From Candidatus Methylomirabilia bacterium (GTDB lineage Bacteria; Methylomirabilota; Methylomirabilia; Rokubacteriales; CSP1-6): a DNA stretch of 45,675 bases. The notes under the pieces were generated by a model. The model was given only the letters and a program-made list of their open reading frames with translations. It had not been told where the DNA came from and did not search any database. Positions within the stretch are counted from its first letter, which is position 1. Every line of letters begins with the position of its first letter. A program made the position numbers and the translations under genes. Of the stretch, positions 27,048 to 38,493 are shown piece by piece. The stretch spans positions 1 through 45,675 of the forward strand of contig JBGPXN010000017.1 in the NCBI GenBank assembly GCA_041492755.1, given 5' to 3'.

Positions 27048-28094
27048 ATGAGCGCCCCGGCCATTCCCGAGACCTCCGGGCTCGAGTACCCGTGGCCGGC
27101 GCCGCCGCCGGCCGGTGAGGCGCGCGACGTCGCGCCCGGCGTGCGCTGGCTCCGCATGCCGTTGCCCTTCAAGCTCGATCACATCAACCTCTGGCTCATC
27201 GACGACGACGGCGGCTGGGCGGTCGTCGATACCGGGATCGGACTGCCGCCCACGCGTGACGCGTGGGAACGGGTGTTCGGCGCCGGCCTCGAGGGCCGGC
27301 CGATCACGCGGCTGGTGGTGACCCATTTCCATCCGGATCACATGGGCAATGCGGGCTGGCTCGCCGAGCGCTGGCGCGTGGATCTCTGGTGCACGCAGGC
27401 GGAATGGTTCGCCGCGCAGCTCGCGTGGCAGGATCGCGGCGGCGAGCCTACCGAGCGGCGTCTCGCGCACTACCGCCAGCACGGCGTCGACGCGGAGTCG
27501 CTGGAGCGGCTGCGCCGTCGTGGCAACCACTATCCGGGGGTCGTCCCCACGCTGGCGCCGTCCTATCGCAGCGTCCGCGACGGCGACGCGCTGACGCTGG
27601 CGGGACGCCGGTGGGACGTGCTCACCGTGTACGGTCACTCGCCGGAGCACGCGTGCCTGTCGTGGCCCGAAGGCCGGGTGCTGGTGGCCGGCGATCAGGT
27701 GCTGCCGAAGATCACCACCAACGTGAGCGTGTGGGCGGATCAGCCGCTCGGGAACCCACTGCGTAGGTATCTCGACTCGCTGCCGCGCTTCGCGCCGATG
27801 GCGGACGACACGCTGGTGCTGCCGTCGCACGGGCTGCCGTTCCGGGGGCTGCACGCCCGGCTCGAGCAGTTGCGGAGGCATCACGACGATCGGCTCGCGC
27901 GGATCCTCGACGCCCTCGGCGAGCCCCGCCCGGCCGCCGAGCTGATCCCACGGTTGTTTGCCCGCGAGCTCGATACCCACCAGCTCGGCTTCGCCATCGG
28001 CGAAGTCCTCGCGCACCTGAACCTGCTCGAGTCGGAGGGGCGCGTGGTGCGCCTGGCCGGCCCCGACGGCGTCGTTCGCTTCCGGCGGACGTGA
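27048..28094 (+). CDS. MBL-fold metallo-hydrolase
   Basis: LRMPLPFKLDHINLWL, THFHPDHMG, GHSPEH, AGDQVL, LPSHG. Confidence 0.93.
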   Translation: MSAPAIPETSGLEYPWPAPPPAGEARDVAPGVRWLRMPLPFKLDHINLWLIDDDGGWAVVDTGIGLPPTRDAWERVFGAGLEGRPITRLVVTHFHPDHMGNAGWLAERWRVDLWCTQAEWFAAQLAWQDRGGEPTERRLAHYRQHGVDAESLERLRRRGNHYPGVVPTLAPSYRSVRDGDALTLAGRRWDVLTVYGHSPEHACLSWPEGRVLVAGDQVLPKITTNVSVWADQPLGNPLRRYLDSLPRFAPMADDTLVLPSHGLPFRGLHARLEQLRRHHDDRLARILDALGEPRPAAELIPRLFARELDTHQLGFAIGEVLAHLNLLESEGRVVRLAGPDGVVRFRRT

Positions 28095-28487
28095 CGCGCG
28101 CGCCTGGAAGCGGGATCGCGGCCGTGGTGTTCGACGTCGGCGGCGTGGTCACGGGATCGCCGTTGCAGGCCATCGCGCGCTACGAGCGTGATCATGGGCT
28201 CCCGGCCGACGCCATCAACCGCGCGATCGTGGCGGCCGGAGACGATGGCGTCTGGTCACGACTGGAGCGCGGTGAGCTGACGCTGGACGCGTTCCGCGAG
28301 CCGTTCGAGTCGGATTGCGCGGCCCGGGGGGTCGAGGTGAGCGCCCGCGCGCGCCGCGTTCCTCGACGACATCGGCCGTAACCTCAAGACGGCCCGCGCC
28401 CTCGGCATGACGACCATCAAGGTCGCCGATCCCGACCTCGCGCTTCGCGAGCTCAGCGCAGTGGTCGGGATCGATCTGCTGGGCTGA
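28091..28487 (+). pseudogene. HAD-family phosphatase (soluble epoxide hydrolase N-terminal/ACAD10-like), internally deleted and frameshifted
   Basis: Motif I AVVFDVGGVV and the cap region are followed at ~28350, in another frame, directly by motif IV AAFLDDIGRNLKTARALGMTTIKV...LLG (TGA 28485-28487); motifs II and III are missing. Confidence 0.8.
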
Positions 28488-28516
28488 GCGCGCGGAGCCG
28501 GGAAGGAAAGAGCCCC

Positions 28517-28822
28517 ATGGCCCAGACTGCGAGCGTCGTCACCCCGGAGCGCTTCGCCTCCGGGATGACGTTCCAGCAATACCTGACCTTTGACTACGTG
28601 GAGTTCCCAACGATCTACGACAAGGACCGCATCGTCGGCCGCATCCGGGCGGCGCGGCCGGGGGAGAGCGCCGAGGAGACGCGCCGGCGCGGGACCGCCG
28701 ATTTCTTCGAGTTCCAGAAGTCGCCGTTCTTCGAGGTCTACGCCGGCGCGGGAGTCGACGAGATCATCAGCGCGCTCTACGCGCGGCTGTTCGTCGGTCC
28801 GCTCGAGGGGAGCCGGGCGTGA
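28517..28822 (+). pseudogene. Short ORF, probably an in-frame internally deleted thioredoxin-like protein
   Basis: SD plus MAQTASVVTPERFASGMTFQQYL resembles, from recall, the N-terminus of a longer thioredoxin-like family; the thioredoxin core is absent (101 aa, no Cys). Confidence 0.45.
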
Positions 28823-29724
28823 TCGGCAAGCCGGCCGTCAGCCTGGCCGCGGTGCCGGGGCGCCGCAAGGCGACGGTCGCCCTCGCGCAGCGGATCGAGT
28901 CCGAAGGCTTCAGCGGGATCTACTGTCCGAGCCTCGGCGACGGGCTCGCGTTGTGCGAGGCGCTCGCGCTCACCACGCGCGAGATCCCGTTCGGGACGAG
29001 CATCGCGAACATCTACACGCGGCATCCGCACGATTTTGCCCAGACGGCGGCGCTGATCCACGAGCTGTCCGGCGGCCGCTTCCGCTTCGGCGTCGGCGTC
29101 AGCCACGGGCCGACGCACGAGCGCCTGGGCATTCGTCCCGGCCGGCCGCTGGAGGACGTCCGACGATTCGTCGGGGACGTTCGGGCTTTGCGCACCGCCG
29201 GCGAGCTGCCGCCGATCGTCCTCGCGACGCTGAGACGGAAGATGGTGGCGCTGGCCGGCGAGATCGCCCAGGGGGCGGTGTGGGCCAACGGCGCCCGCAC
29301 CCACATGGCGGAATCGCTGCGGGAGTTGGGGGAGTCCACGCGGAAGGATCCGAAGTTCTTCATCGGTGACATGGTCCCGACGTGCATCGACGACGATCGC
29401 GCGGCCGCCGCCGCCGTCAACCGCAAGACGCTGATCCACTACGTCAAGCTGCCGAACTACCAGAACTACTGGATCGAGGCGGGATTCGCCGACGAGATGC
29501 ACGCGATCCGCGACGCCATCGCGCGAAACGACGACGCGCGCATCCCTTCGCTCATGTCCGATCGCTGGCTTTCGGCGGTCACGCTCTACGGCTCCGCGCG
29601 GGACGTGCGCGATGGCGTGGAGGCGTGGTACGCCACGGGCATCAAGACGCTGATCCTGGTGCCGTCGTCCACGCGCGGCGGTCAGATGCAGGCGTTCGAG
29701 GAGGTGTTCGCCGCCTTCCGCTGA
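28819..29724 (+). CDS. LLM-class flavin/F420-dependent oxidoreductase
   Basis: IPFGTSIANIYTRHP, LSGGRFRFGVGVSH, MVALAGEIAQG. Confidence 0.9.
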   Translation: MIGKPAVSLAAVPGRRKATVALAQRIESEGFSGIYCPSLGDGLALCEALALTTREIPFGTSIANIYTRHPHDFAQTAALIHELSGGRFRFGVGVSHGPTHERLGIRPGRPLEDVRRFVGDVRALRTAGELPPIVLATLRRKMVALAGEIAQGAVWANGARTHMAESLRELGESTRKDPKFFIGDMVPTCIDDDRAAAAAVNRKTLIHYVKLPNYQNYWIEAGFADEMHAIRDAIARNDDARIPSLMSDRWLSAVTLYGSARDVRDGVEAWYATGIKTLILVPSSTRGGQMQAFEEVFAAFR

Positions 29725-29728
29725 GCGG

Positions 29729-30589
29729 CTACCGAAGGACCACCTGCGGGTCGGCGAGGTAGTCGGCGAACCGGATCCCGGTCACCTGCTCGAACGCCTC
29801 CACGTAGCGGGCCCGGGTGCCGGCGACGACGGTGGCGGGAAGCTCCGGACCGGGCGGTGTCTTGTTCCAGCCGGTCTTCTCGCAGAAGTCGCGAACGAAC
29901 TGCTTGTCGAACGAGGGCTGGGGGCCGCCCGGCGCGTACTGGTCAGCGGGCCAGAAGCGGGACGAGTCGGGCGTGAGGGCTTCGTCGCCGAGCACGAGAC
30001 GGCCGTCGCGATCGACGCCGAGCTCGAACTTGGTGTCGGCGATGATGATGCCGCGCTGGCGGGCATAGTCGGCCGCGAACGCGTAGAGCCGCAGCGACAG
30101 GCGCTCGGCCTCGGCGAAGCGCTCGGCACCGACGAGCTGGGCGGCCTGCGCCCGGGGGATGTTCTCGTCGTGGCCGGTCTGCGCCTTGGTGGCCGGGGTG
30201 AAGATCGGCTCGGGCAGCCGGTCGGATTCGCGCAGCCCCGCCGGCAGTCGATGGCCGCACACTTCTCCGGTCGCGCGGTAGTCCTTCCAGCCCGAGCCCG
30301 ACAAATATCCCCGGACCACGCACTCGATCGGGAGCATGGCCAGCCGGCGGCACTCGGTGGACCGCCCGTCGGGGCGGATCGCGAGCAGATGGTTCGGGCA
30401 GATCTTCCGCGTGCACGCGAACCAGAAGCCGGACAGGCCGGTGAGCACGCGGCCCTTGTCCGGGATCTCGGTCGGCAGCACGACGTCGAACGTGGAAATG
30501 CGGTCGGAGGCGACGAGGAGCAGGCGCTCGTCGTCGAGGGCGTAGAGCTCACGCACCTTGCCGCTTCCCAGGTGGACGGCGTCAGCCAT
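29729..30589 (-). CDS. purC: Phosphoribosylaminoimidazole-succinocarboxamide (SAICAR) synthase
   Basis: SGKVRELY, SDRISTFDVV, IPDKGRVL, ECVVRGYLSGSGW, IIADTKFELG, DEALTPDSSRFW, SFDKQFVRD. Confidence 0.97.
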   Translation of the reverse strand: MADAVHLGSGKVRELYALDDERLLLVASDRISTFDVVLPTEIPDKGRVLTGLSGFWFACTRKICPNHLLAIRPDGRSTECRRLAMLPIECVVRGYLSGSGWKDYRATGEVCGHRLPAGLRESDRLPEPIFTPATKAQTGHDENIPRAQAAQLVGAERFAEAERLSLRLYAFAADYARQRGIIIADTKFELGVDRDGRLVLGDEALTPDSSRFWPADQYAPGGPQPSFDKQFVRDFCEKTGWNKTPPGPELPATVVAGTRARYVEAFEQVTGIRFADYLADPQVVLR

Positions 30590-30648
30590 CGATCACTCCT
30601 CAGTGCCGCGGGGTGTTCGGGTGCCGGAGCGTTGGCGGATGACCGCCG

Positions 30649-31569
30649 CTACTGCAGACCGTACACGAGTTTGCCGGCGACCGGCAGGGTGGCGGTGAGG
30701 ATTTCGCCGTTCATCGAGTCGGTGATGTAGAGCGTCTTGCCGCCGGGTCCACCGAAGGCGATGTTGGTCATCAGCCGGTGGCCGTCGGCGTGCACGAGAT
30801 GGGTGGGCAGGCAATTGCCGTCGAAGCGCCAGATCCCGACGCCGAGATGACAGACGAGCAGCCCGTCCTCCGCGTCCATCTCGATGCCGTCCGGCCCGGC
30901 GTGCCCGCCCGAGAGCTGGATGGCCACGCCCGTCTTCGACGGCTGGCCGTCAGCCATCAACGGCAGCCGCCAGATCTGCTGGGCGCGCGTCACGGCGACG
31001 TAGACCTGGTTGTCCTTCGTGTTGAGCGTGATCCCGTTCGGGCTCGGCACGTTGGCGGCGAGCCGGTCGAGCGCGCCGTTGGCCCGCAGTCGGAACACGC
31101 GCCCGGTCGGATCGGCGATCCCGGTCTGGCCCTGATCGGTGAAGTAGAGGTCGCCGTTGGCGGCGAAGTGCAGGTCGTTCAGCCCCTTGAAGCCCTCGCT
31201 GTACGCGGTCTCGAGCTGCGGCTCGACTTTCCCGGTGGGGAGATCGAGGACCATCAGACCGCGCCGGTAGTCGGCGATGAAGATGCGTCCGTCCTTGTGG
31301 AACTTCAACCCGTTCGGCCAGCCATCGTACTCGGTCACCAGTTCCCAGTCGCCCCGAGTCGTGATGCGGAAGATGCGCCCGAACGGAATGTCCACGAAAT
31401 AGAGGTTGCCCGCGCGATCGAACGACGGTCCCTCCAGAAAGCTGTCGACCTCGGCGCCCTGGCGGTTCGGATCGGCCCACGCGCTCCGGCGCTTGCGTCG
31501 AAACTTCGCGGGCAGGGACAGGAACGTCTCGGCCTTGATGAGCTCCGGCGGGCGGAACGGGTTCAGCAT
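30649..31569 (-). CDS. SMP-30/gluconolactonase/LRE family protein
   Basis: FLEGPSFD, WPNGL, FKGLNDL...LYFTD, SPNGI, GPDGI, TNIAFGG; AAGGAG SD. Confidence 0.93.
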   Translation of the reverse strand: MLNPFRPPELIKAETFLSLPAKFRRKRRSAWADPNRQGAEVDSFLEGPSFDRAGNLYFVDIPFGRIFRITTRGDWELVTEYDGWPNGLKFHKDGRIFIADYRRGLMVLDLPTGKVEPQLETAYSEGFKGLNDLHFAANGDLYFTDQGQTGIADPTGRVFRLRANGALDRLAANVPSPNGITLNTKDNQVYVAVTRAQQIWRLPLMADGQPSKTGVAIQLSGGHAGPDGIEMDAEDGLLVCHLGVGIWRFDGNCLPTHLVHADGHRLMTNIAFGGPGGKTLYITDSMNGEILTATLPVAGKLVYGLQ

Positions 31570-31591
31570 CACGGACTCCTTCGGCTGCGCG

Positions 31592-32677
31592 CTAATACCC
31601 CTCGTGCAGGAGCGGGAAGGCACTGGTGATGTGGGGAGCGGTCACCGGTCGCGCCTCGTGCAGGTACGACGCGTTCAAGCCGCTCACCGAGTCGACGCCG
31701 AGCAGGCCGAGGCAGATGCGGATCTCGTCCTCCACCAGCTCGAGCATTCGCACCAGGCCCTCCTGGCCGGCCGCGGCCAGTCCGAAGCACGGCATCCGGC
31801 CCATACCCACGATGCGCGCGCCGAGGGCGAGCGCCTTGACGACGTCGGTGCCGCGCTGGAAGGCGCCGTCGACGATGACGGTGGCGCGGTCACCGACGGC
31901 CGCCACCACTTCGGGAAGGACTTCCAGCGAGCCCCGGCCGTGATCGAGCTGCCGGCCACCGTGATTGGAGACGTAGACGATCTCCACCCCGTGCTCGACG
32001 GCGAGCCCGGCGTCTTCGGCGGTGGCGATGCCCTTGAGCGCGAGTGGGATGGTGTGCGTGTCCTTGAAGCGCTTGACGTTGTCCCAGTTCAGCGCGGACT
32101 GAAAATCCTGGCCGGTCGCGGCCGCGCGCCAGGGCTTGACGAAGCGCTTGGCGATGTCGCGCTCGCGGCGGCTGTAGCTCGCCGTGTCCACCGTGAGGCA
32201 GAAGGCGGCGTAGCCGCAGTCGACGGCGCGCTTGACCCACTCGTCGACCCACACGTCGTCGCCCCGCACGTAGAGCTGAAAGATCCGAAACGCGCCCTCG
32301 CCGCCGGCGGCGGCGACCGGCTCGAGACCTGGATTGCACACGGAGCTCAGCATCTGCGGCACGCCGAACTCCCTGGCGGCGCGCGCGGCGGTGGCGCCGC
32401 CGCCCGGGTCGAAGCTCTCGACCGATCCGACGGGCGCCAGCATCACGGGAATCCGGACGCGCTGCCCGAGGAACGTCGAAGAGCAGTCGATCTTGGACAC
32501 GTTGCGCAGGACGCGCGGGCGGAAGGCGAGGGAGTCGATCGCCTGGCGGTTGCGCCGGAGCGTCGTCTCCGACTCGGCGCCGCCCACCAGGTAGTCCCAC
32601 GGGCCGGGCGCCAGCCGGGCGCGCGCCACCTTTACGATCTCGTGCAAAGTCTGGAAGGTCTCGGGATTTGCACTCAT
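31592..32677 (-). CDS. FMN-dependent alpha-hydroxy acid oxidase/dehydrogenase
   Basis: DYLVGGAESETT, FRPRVLRNV, LTVDT, LKGI, VSNHGGRQLD, GTDVVKALALGA. Confidence 0.94.
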   Translation of the reverse strand: MSANPETFQTLHEIVKVARARLAPGPWDYLVGGAESETTLRRNRQAIDSLAFRPRVLRNVSKIDCSSTFLGQRVRIPVMLAPVGSVESFDPGGGATAARAAREFGVPQMLSSVCNPGLEPVAAAGGEGAFRIFQLYVRGDDVWVDEWVKRAVDCGYAAFCLTVDTASYSRRERDIAKRFVKPWRAAATGQDFQSALNWDNVKRFKDTHTIPLALKGIATAEDAGLAVEHGVEIVYVSNHGGRQLDHGRGSLEVLPEVVAAVGDRATVIVDGAFQRGTDVVKALALGARIVGMGRMPCFGLAAAGQEGLVRMLELVEDEIRICLGLLGVDSVSGLNASYLHEARPVTAPHITSAFPLLHEGY

Positions 32678-32858
32678 GGCGGGGAGAATAGGCGAGGACG
32701 CTGGCGCCGGCAAGTGCAGCGTGAGGGTGCCGCGGGTCGCGAAGAGCGTGGCGAAACGCCGCACCCGCCCGCCATCCCGCCACACTTGCCCACGTCGTGT
32801 CTGGCCCGCGGGCGGGTGCACGTGAGCACCCGCGCGGTCGTCGCGTGGCGCGGGTGGG

Positions 32859-32873
32859 TGGCATCGACGTTGC
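32859..32873 (+). promoter_or_regulatory. Putative sigma54 (-24/-12) promoter of the DUF1344-like gene
   Basis: TGGCATCGACGTTGC has GG-N10-GC spacing, ~45 nt upstream of the ATG; an NtrC-family activator is encoded nearby. Confidence 0.68.
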
Positions 32874-32917
32874 GTAGCTTCCGCGCCCGTTGTCACCAAT
32901 CACGAAGGGGGACGCTG

Positions 32918-33172
32918 ATGAAGAAAGTCGTTGGACTGACGTTGGCCGTGCTGCTCGGGTCGTCGGTCGCTGCCGTGTCCGCGGCGGACATGTCCGGGAA
33001 GGTCCAGACCCTCGACGCCGGCGAACGGGTCGTGGTGCTCGACAACGGCACCAAGCTCTGGGTCGCCGAGGGCCTGCCGATGGACAAGCTGAAGGAAGGA
33101 GCCGAGATCAAGGTGTCCTTCGAGGAGCGGGACGGCAAGAACGTCATCACCATCATCGAGGTCAGCGAGTAA
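32918..33172 (+). CDS. Small exported OB-fold-like protein (DUF1344-like)
   Basis: Signal peptide MKKVVGLTL...VSAA, then GKVQTLD...VVLDNG...LKEGAEIKVSFEERDGKNVITIIEV. Confidence 0.8.
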   Translation: MKKVVGLTLAVLLGSSVAAVSAADMSGKVQTLDAGERVVVLDNGTKLWVAEGLPMDKLKEGAEIKVSFEERDGKNVITIIEVSE

Positions 33173-33211
33173 GGTCGTTCACGCCCGCGGGTGCGCTCCG
33201 CGCCCGCGGGC

Positions 33212-33918
33212 TCACCGCCCGATCGGCACCGTCGTCGTTGCGAGAAACCGTCGAATCGCCGTCGCCGGAACGACGGTCGTTTCCCCGGCGACCGGGATGT
33301 CGATGGTCTTGTCCGGGTCGGTTGGCAGGCTGACGCGCGCCGTCCGGTAGCTCTGGACGATGCCGAGCAGCCCGCCGGTCGTGACGTCGAAGACGCCGCC
33401 CCCGCTGGCGCCGTAGCTGACCGAGGCATCGACCATGCGCACCGGTCCTTCGACGGCGACGGGTCCGTCCTCGGCGACGATCTGACTCACGATCCCGCTC
33501 ACCACGGTCAGCCGGCGTCCCCACGGGAACGCCACCACGCGGACTTCGTCGGCGAGCCGCGCCGTATCTTGGAGAACGGCGGGCACGAGCACCACGCCCT
33601 TGACCTCGACCACGGCCAGATCGGCGTCCGGGCTGACGGCCAGCACCGTGCCCGCCACCCGTGTCGAGCCTCGCGTCGTGGTGACGGAGACGACCAGGGG
33701 GCGTGTCGGCTCGAGGAAATGCCGGGTCGTCACGATCCACGAGCCGGTCTCGTCCGCGGCGATGACGACACCCGAGCCGGCCCGGCGGCCGCCGCCGCCG
33801 CGCTCCACGCGGAGCTGCACGCTCGGGGCGAGGATCCCTTCGAGGGCGCCGGAGCGGCGAGCATCCATCCCCGCGCAGCCGGCGACGACCGCCAGCACCG
33901 CGAGGAGCGCGGCGGCTC

Positions 33919-33922
<4 letters not shown>
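33212..33922 (-). CDS. Trypsin-like (S1) serine protease, putative lipoprotein
   Basis: Lipobox-like VAGC; GSGVVI, VTTRH (His), DLAVV (Asp), YGASGGG (Ser). Confidence 0.85.
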
Positions 33923-35280
<1,358 letters not shown>

Positions 35281-35293
35281 CAGCGGGGAGACC

Positions 35294-36808
35294 TCATGCG
35301 CTCGCCGGCAGCTGCAGGCGGAAGGTGCTGCCGCGTCCTTCCGCGCTCGTGAGGTCCATGCGTCCCTGGTGCTCGCGGACGATCTGCGCCGAGATGAAGA
35401 GTCCCAGGCCGGTGCCGCGGCCCGGCTTCTTGGTGGAGAAGAACGGCTCGAAGATGAGCTTCTGCTGGGCGGCGGGGATGCCGCGTCCGGTGTCGTGCAC
35501 CTCCAGCTCCGCCACCCCGGGCCGCCGCGAGGTCGTGACGGACACGCGCCCGCCCGGCGGCGTGGCATCCATCGCGTTGGTGATGAGGTTCAAGACGATC
35601 TGCTGGAGCTGGTGGGCGTGGCCGAGCACGTGGGGCAGCGCGGGGTCGGTGGTGACGTCCAGGGCCAGCCCGTGCTTCACGAAGCCGGGGCGCACCAGCT
35701 CGATGGTGTCCTGCACGAGGCGGTTGAGATCGACGGCAACGCGCGGGCCGGGCTCGCGCCGCGAGAGGTCCATGAGCTGCGCGATGATCTCGGTGACCCG
35801 CGTGAGCTGGCTCTCGATCACCGTGAGTCGGCGGAGCACGGCGTCCGAGGCGAGCGCGGGGGGCAGGTCCTGGCGGAGCAGCTCCAGGTGCCCGGCCACC
35901 GAGTGCAGGGGGGTGCCGAGCTCGTGGGCGACTTCGGCGATGATCCGACCGGACAGGGCGAGGCGCTCGGCGTGGCCGAGGCTGCGTTGCATGGCGAACA
36001 GGAGCTCGTTCAGCCGCTCGACCTCGCGATAGCGGCCTTCCAGCTCGTGGGTCGCTTCCTTGATACGCGTCTGCAGCTCGTTGCTGAAGTCGTGGATGCG
36101 CGCCATCATTTCGTTGAAGTGGCGGGCGAGGACGCCGAACTCGTCGAGCGTCCGCACGTCGACCGCCGCCACCGTGTGTCCGCGCTGCACGTCCCGAATC
36201 GCGGCCAGGAACCGGCCGATCGGACGGTTGACCACGAACTGGACGGCCACGCTCATGAGGACGCCCATGACGACGACGGACGCGGCGGTGAGCAGCAAGG
36301 CCCACGTCGCCGAGCGGGTGACGAGCTGGTCGGCGCGCCCCACCGAGAACTTGCCGGCCACCGCCCCGGCCACCGTACCGTCGAGCACGACGGGCGCCAT
36401 CACCTCCCAGTAGCGGCCGTCGCGGTCCGCGATGAGCCGCGAGACCGGCCGGCGGCGCCGCACCTGCGTGGTGTCGGCCCGCGTGAGGGGCAGCCGCGCG
36501 CGTGGGTTGCTGGTCGCGATCAGCCGCACGTCGTCGCCGGTGAACACCAGGATATCGAGCTGGAGCACGCTGGTGCGCGCGTCCATGATCTGCGCGATCT
36601 GTCGCTCGAGCAGCGGGCCGCTCTCGAGCTCACGCCGATCGCCGATGGTGGCGGCGATCTCGCGCGCGAACACCACGGCCCGCTCGGCCAGGTCCTCCTC
36701 CACGAGCTGGCGCGTGAAGCGCAGGTGCAGCAGCGTGAACGTGAACGAGACCACCACCACGATCAGCAGGCTCAGCAGGACGAGCTTCTGGCGGACGGCC
36801 AGCCGCAT
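35294..36808 (-). CDS. Membrane sensor histidine kinase (HAMP, HisKA, HATPase)
   Basis: Two TMs, HAMP (DEFGVLARHFNEM), AHELGTPL H-box, NLITNAMDA, DTGRGI, GTGLGL. Confidence 0.95.
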   Translation of the reverse strand: MRLAVRQKLVLLSLLIVVVVSFTFTLLHLRFTRQLVEEDLAERAVVFAREIAATIGDRRELESGPLLERQIAQIMDARTSVLQLDILVFTGDDVRLIATSNPRARLPLTRADTTQVRRRRPVSRLIADRDGRYWEVMAPVVLDGTVAGAVAGKFSVGRADQLVTRSATWALLLTAASVVVMGVLMSVAVQFVVNRPIGRFLAAIRDVQRGHTVAAVDVRTLDEFGVLARHFNEMMARIHDFSNELQTRIKEATHELEGRYREVERLNELLFAMQRSLGHAERLALSGRIIAEVAHELGTPLHSVAGHLELLRQDLPPALASDAVLRRLTVIESQLTRVTEIIAQLMDLSRREPGPRVAVDLNRLVQDTIELVRPGFVKHGLALDVTTDPALPHVLGHAHQLQQIVLNLITNAMDATPPGGRVSVTTSRRPGVAELEVHDTGRGIPAAQQKLIFEPFFSTKKPGRGTGLGLFISAQIVREHQGRMDLTSAEGRGSTFRLQLPASA

Positions 36809-36818
36809 GCCGCGCGGC

Positions 36819-38444
36819 CTAGGTGACGTCCTTCGCCTGCTCGCGGAGGACGAACTTCTGGATCTTCCCGGTGGAGGTCTTGGGCAGCGGTCCGAAGACG
36901 ACGTGCCGGGGCGCCTTGTAATGGGCGAGGTTGTCGCGGCACCACTGGATGATCTCGGCGGCCGGGACCGCGGCGACACCTGGCGTCAGCGTGACGAACG
37001 CGCACGGCGTCTCGCCCCACTTCTCATCGGGCTTGGCGACCACCGCGGCCTCCATCACCGAGGGGTGGCGATAGAGGATTTCTTCCACCTCGAGCGAGGA
37101 GATGTTCTCGCCGCCCGAGATGATGATGTCCTTGGAGCGATCCTTGATCTCGACGTAGCCGTCGGGATGCCAGACCGCGAGGTCGCCGGTATGGAACCAG
37201 CCCCCGGCGAATGCTTCGTCGGTGGCGGCGGGGTTCTTGAGGTAGCCGGCCATCACGGTATTGCCGCGCAGCATGATCTCGCCCACCGTGGCCGCGTCGC
37301 GCGGAACCGGCGTCAACGTCCTGGCATCCGCGACCATCAGCCCTTCGAGCGTGGGGTAGGCGACGCCCTGGCGCGCCATGCGGCCGGCCCGCTCGGCCGG
37401 GGGCAGGCTGTCCCACGCGTCCTGCCACGCGCACAGCGTGGCCGGCCCGTAGACCTCGGTGAGTCCGTAGAGGTGCGTGACGCGGAAGCCCAGCGCTTCC
37501 ATCGCCGTGATCACCGTCGACGGCGGCGCCGCGCCGCCGGTCCCGATGTCGACCACGTGATCGAACGCGACCTTCACGTTGGCCGGCGCGTGGATCAGCG
37601 TCGTCATCACGATCGGCGCCCCGCACATGTGGGTGACGGCGTGACGACGGATGGCGGGGAAGATCAGGGCCGGATCCACGCGACGCAGACACACGTGGGT
37701 GGCGCCGACCGCGGTGACCGCCCACGTGTAGGTCCAGCCGCTGCAATGGAACATCGGCAGCGTCCAGAGGTAGACCGAGCGCGGCGTGAGGTTGAAGGCG
37801 ACCGCGTTGCCGAGCGCGTTCAGGTACGCGCCGCGGTGGTTGTACACCACGCCCTTGGGGTTACCGGTGGTGCCGGACGTATAGAGGAGGCAGATCGGGT
37901 CCCACTCGTCTGCGGGCGGTGGCGGGACGAAGCCCGGATCGCCTTCGTCGAGCAGCGCCTCGTAGTCCTTCTCGCCGAGCAGCACCCCGCCGGCGTGGAG
38001 CGGATCGTCGATGTCGATCACGGCGATGGGCCGCTTCAGCAGGCCGAGCGCGTCCTTGACCGTCGGCGAGAACTCGCGGTCGGTGATGAGCAGCTTCGCC
38101 TCACCGTGGTCGAGGATGAACGCGATGGTGCGCGCGTCGAGCCGGTAGTTCAGCGCGTTGAGGACGGCGCCGGCCATCGGGACGCCGTAATGCGCCTCGA
38201 GCAAGGCCGGGACGTTGGGCGCCATGACGGCGACGGTGTCGCCGCGGCCGATCCCGCGACGGACGAGCGCCGAGGCGAGCCGGCGGCAGCGGGATTGAAG
38301 CTCGGCGTAGGTGAAGGATCGGTCGCCGTGGATGACGGCGGTCTTGGTGGCATAGACGGCGGCGGCGCGAGGGAGGAACGATAACGGCGTGAGCGGCGCG
38401 TGGTTCGCGGGGCGCCGGTCCAGACCACTCGCGTAGGGTTGCAC
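36819..38444 (-). CDS. Acyl-CoA synthetase (AMP-forming, DmdB-like)
   Basis: PLTPLSFL, YTSGTTGNPKGVVY, HLYGLTE, GWFHTGD, DRSKDIIISGGENISS, LPKTSTGKIQK. Confidence 0.95.
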   Translation of the reverse strand: MQPYASGLDRRPANHAPLTPLSFLPRAAAVYATKTAVIHGDRSFTYAELQSRCRRLASALVRRGIGRGDTVAVMAPNVPALLEAHYGVPMAGAVLNALNYRLDARTIAFILDHGEAKLLITDREFSPTVKDALGLLKRPIAVIDIDDPLHAGGVLLGEKDYEALLDEGDPGFVPPPPADEWDPICLLYTSGTTGNPKGVVYNHRGAYLNALGNAVAFNLTPRSVYLWTLPMFHCSGWTYTWAVTAVGATHVCLRRVDPALIFPAIRRHAVTHMCGAPIVMTTLIHAPANVKVAFDHVVDIGTGGAAPPSTVITAMEALGFRVTHLYGLTEVYGPATLCAWQDAWDSLPPAERAGRMARQGVAYPTLEGLMVADARTLTPVPRDAATVGEIMLRGNTVMAGYLKNPAATDEAFAGGWFHTGDLAVWHPDGYVEIKDRSKDIIISGGENISSLEVEEILYRHPSVMEAAVVAKPDEKWGETPCAFVTLTPGVAAVPAAEIIQWCRDNLAHYKAPRHVVFGPLPKTSTGKIQKFVLREQAKDVT

Positions 38445-38493
38445 GCCGCCCACTATACCCGAGGGCCAGGGGCCGCCGGGCGGGGCGGGTGGA

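Noticed and set aside
36432..38384. Long antisense or alternative-frame ORFs (also 23244-25499, most of 31406-33172, 9735-11282, 11313-12806, 42007-43659)
   Set aside because: Typical stop-poor shadow frames of high-GC genes; they overlap well-supported genes and have no recognisable motifs
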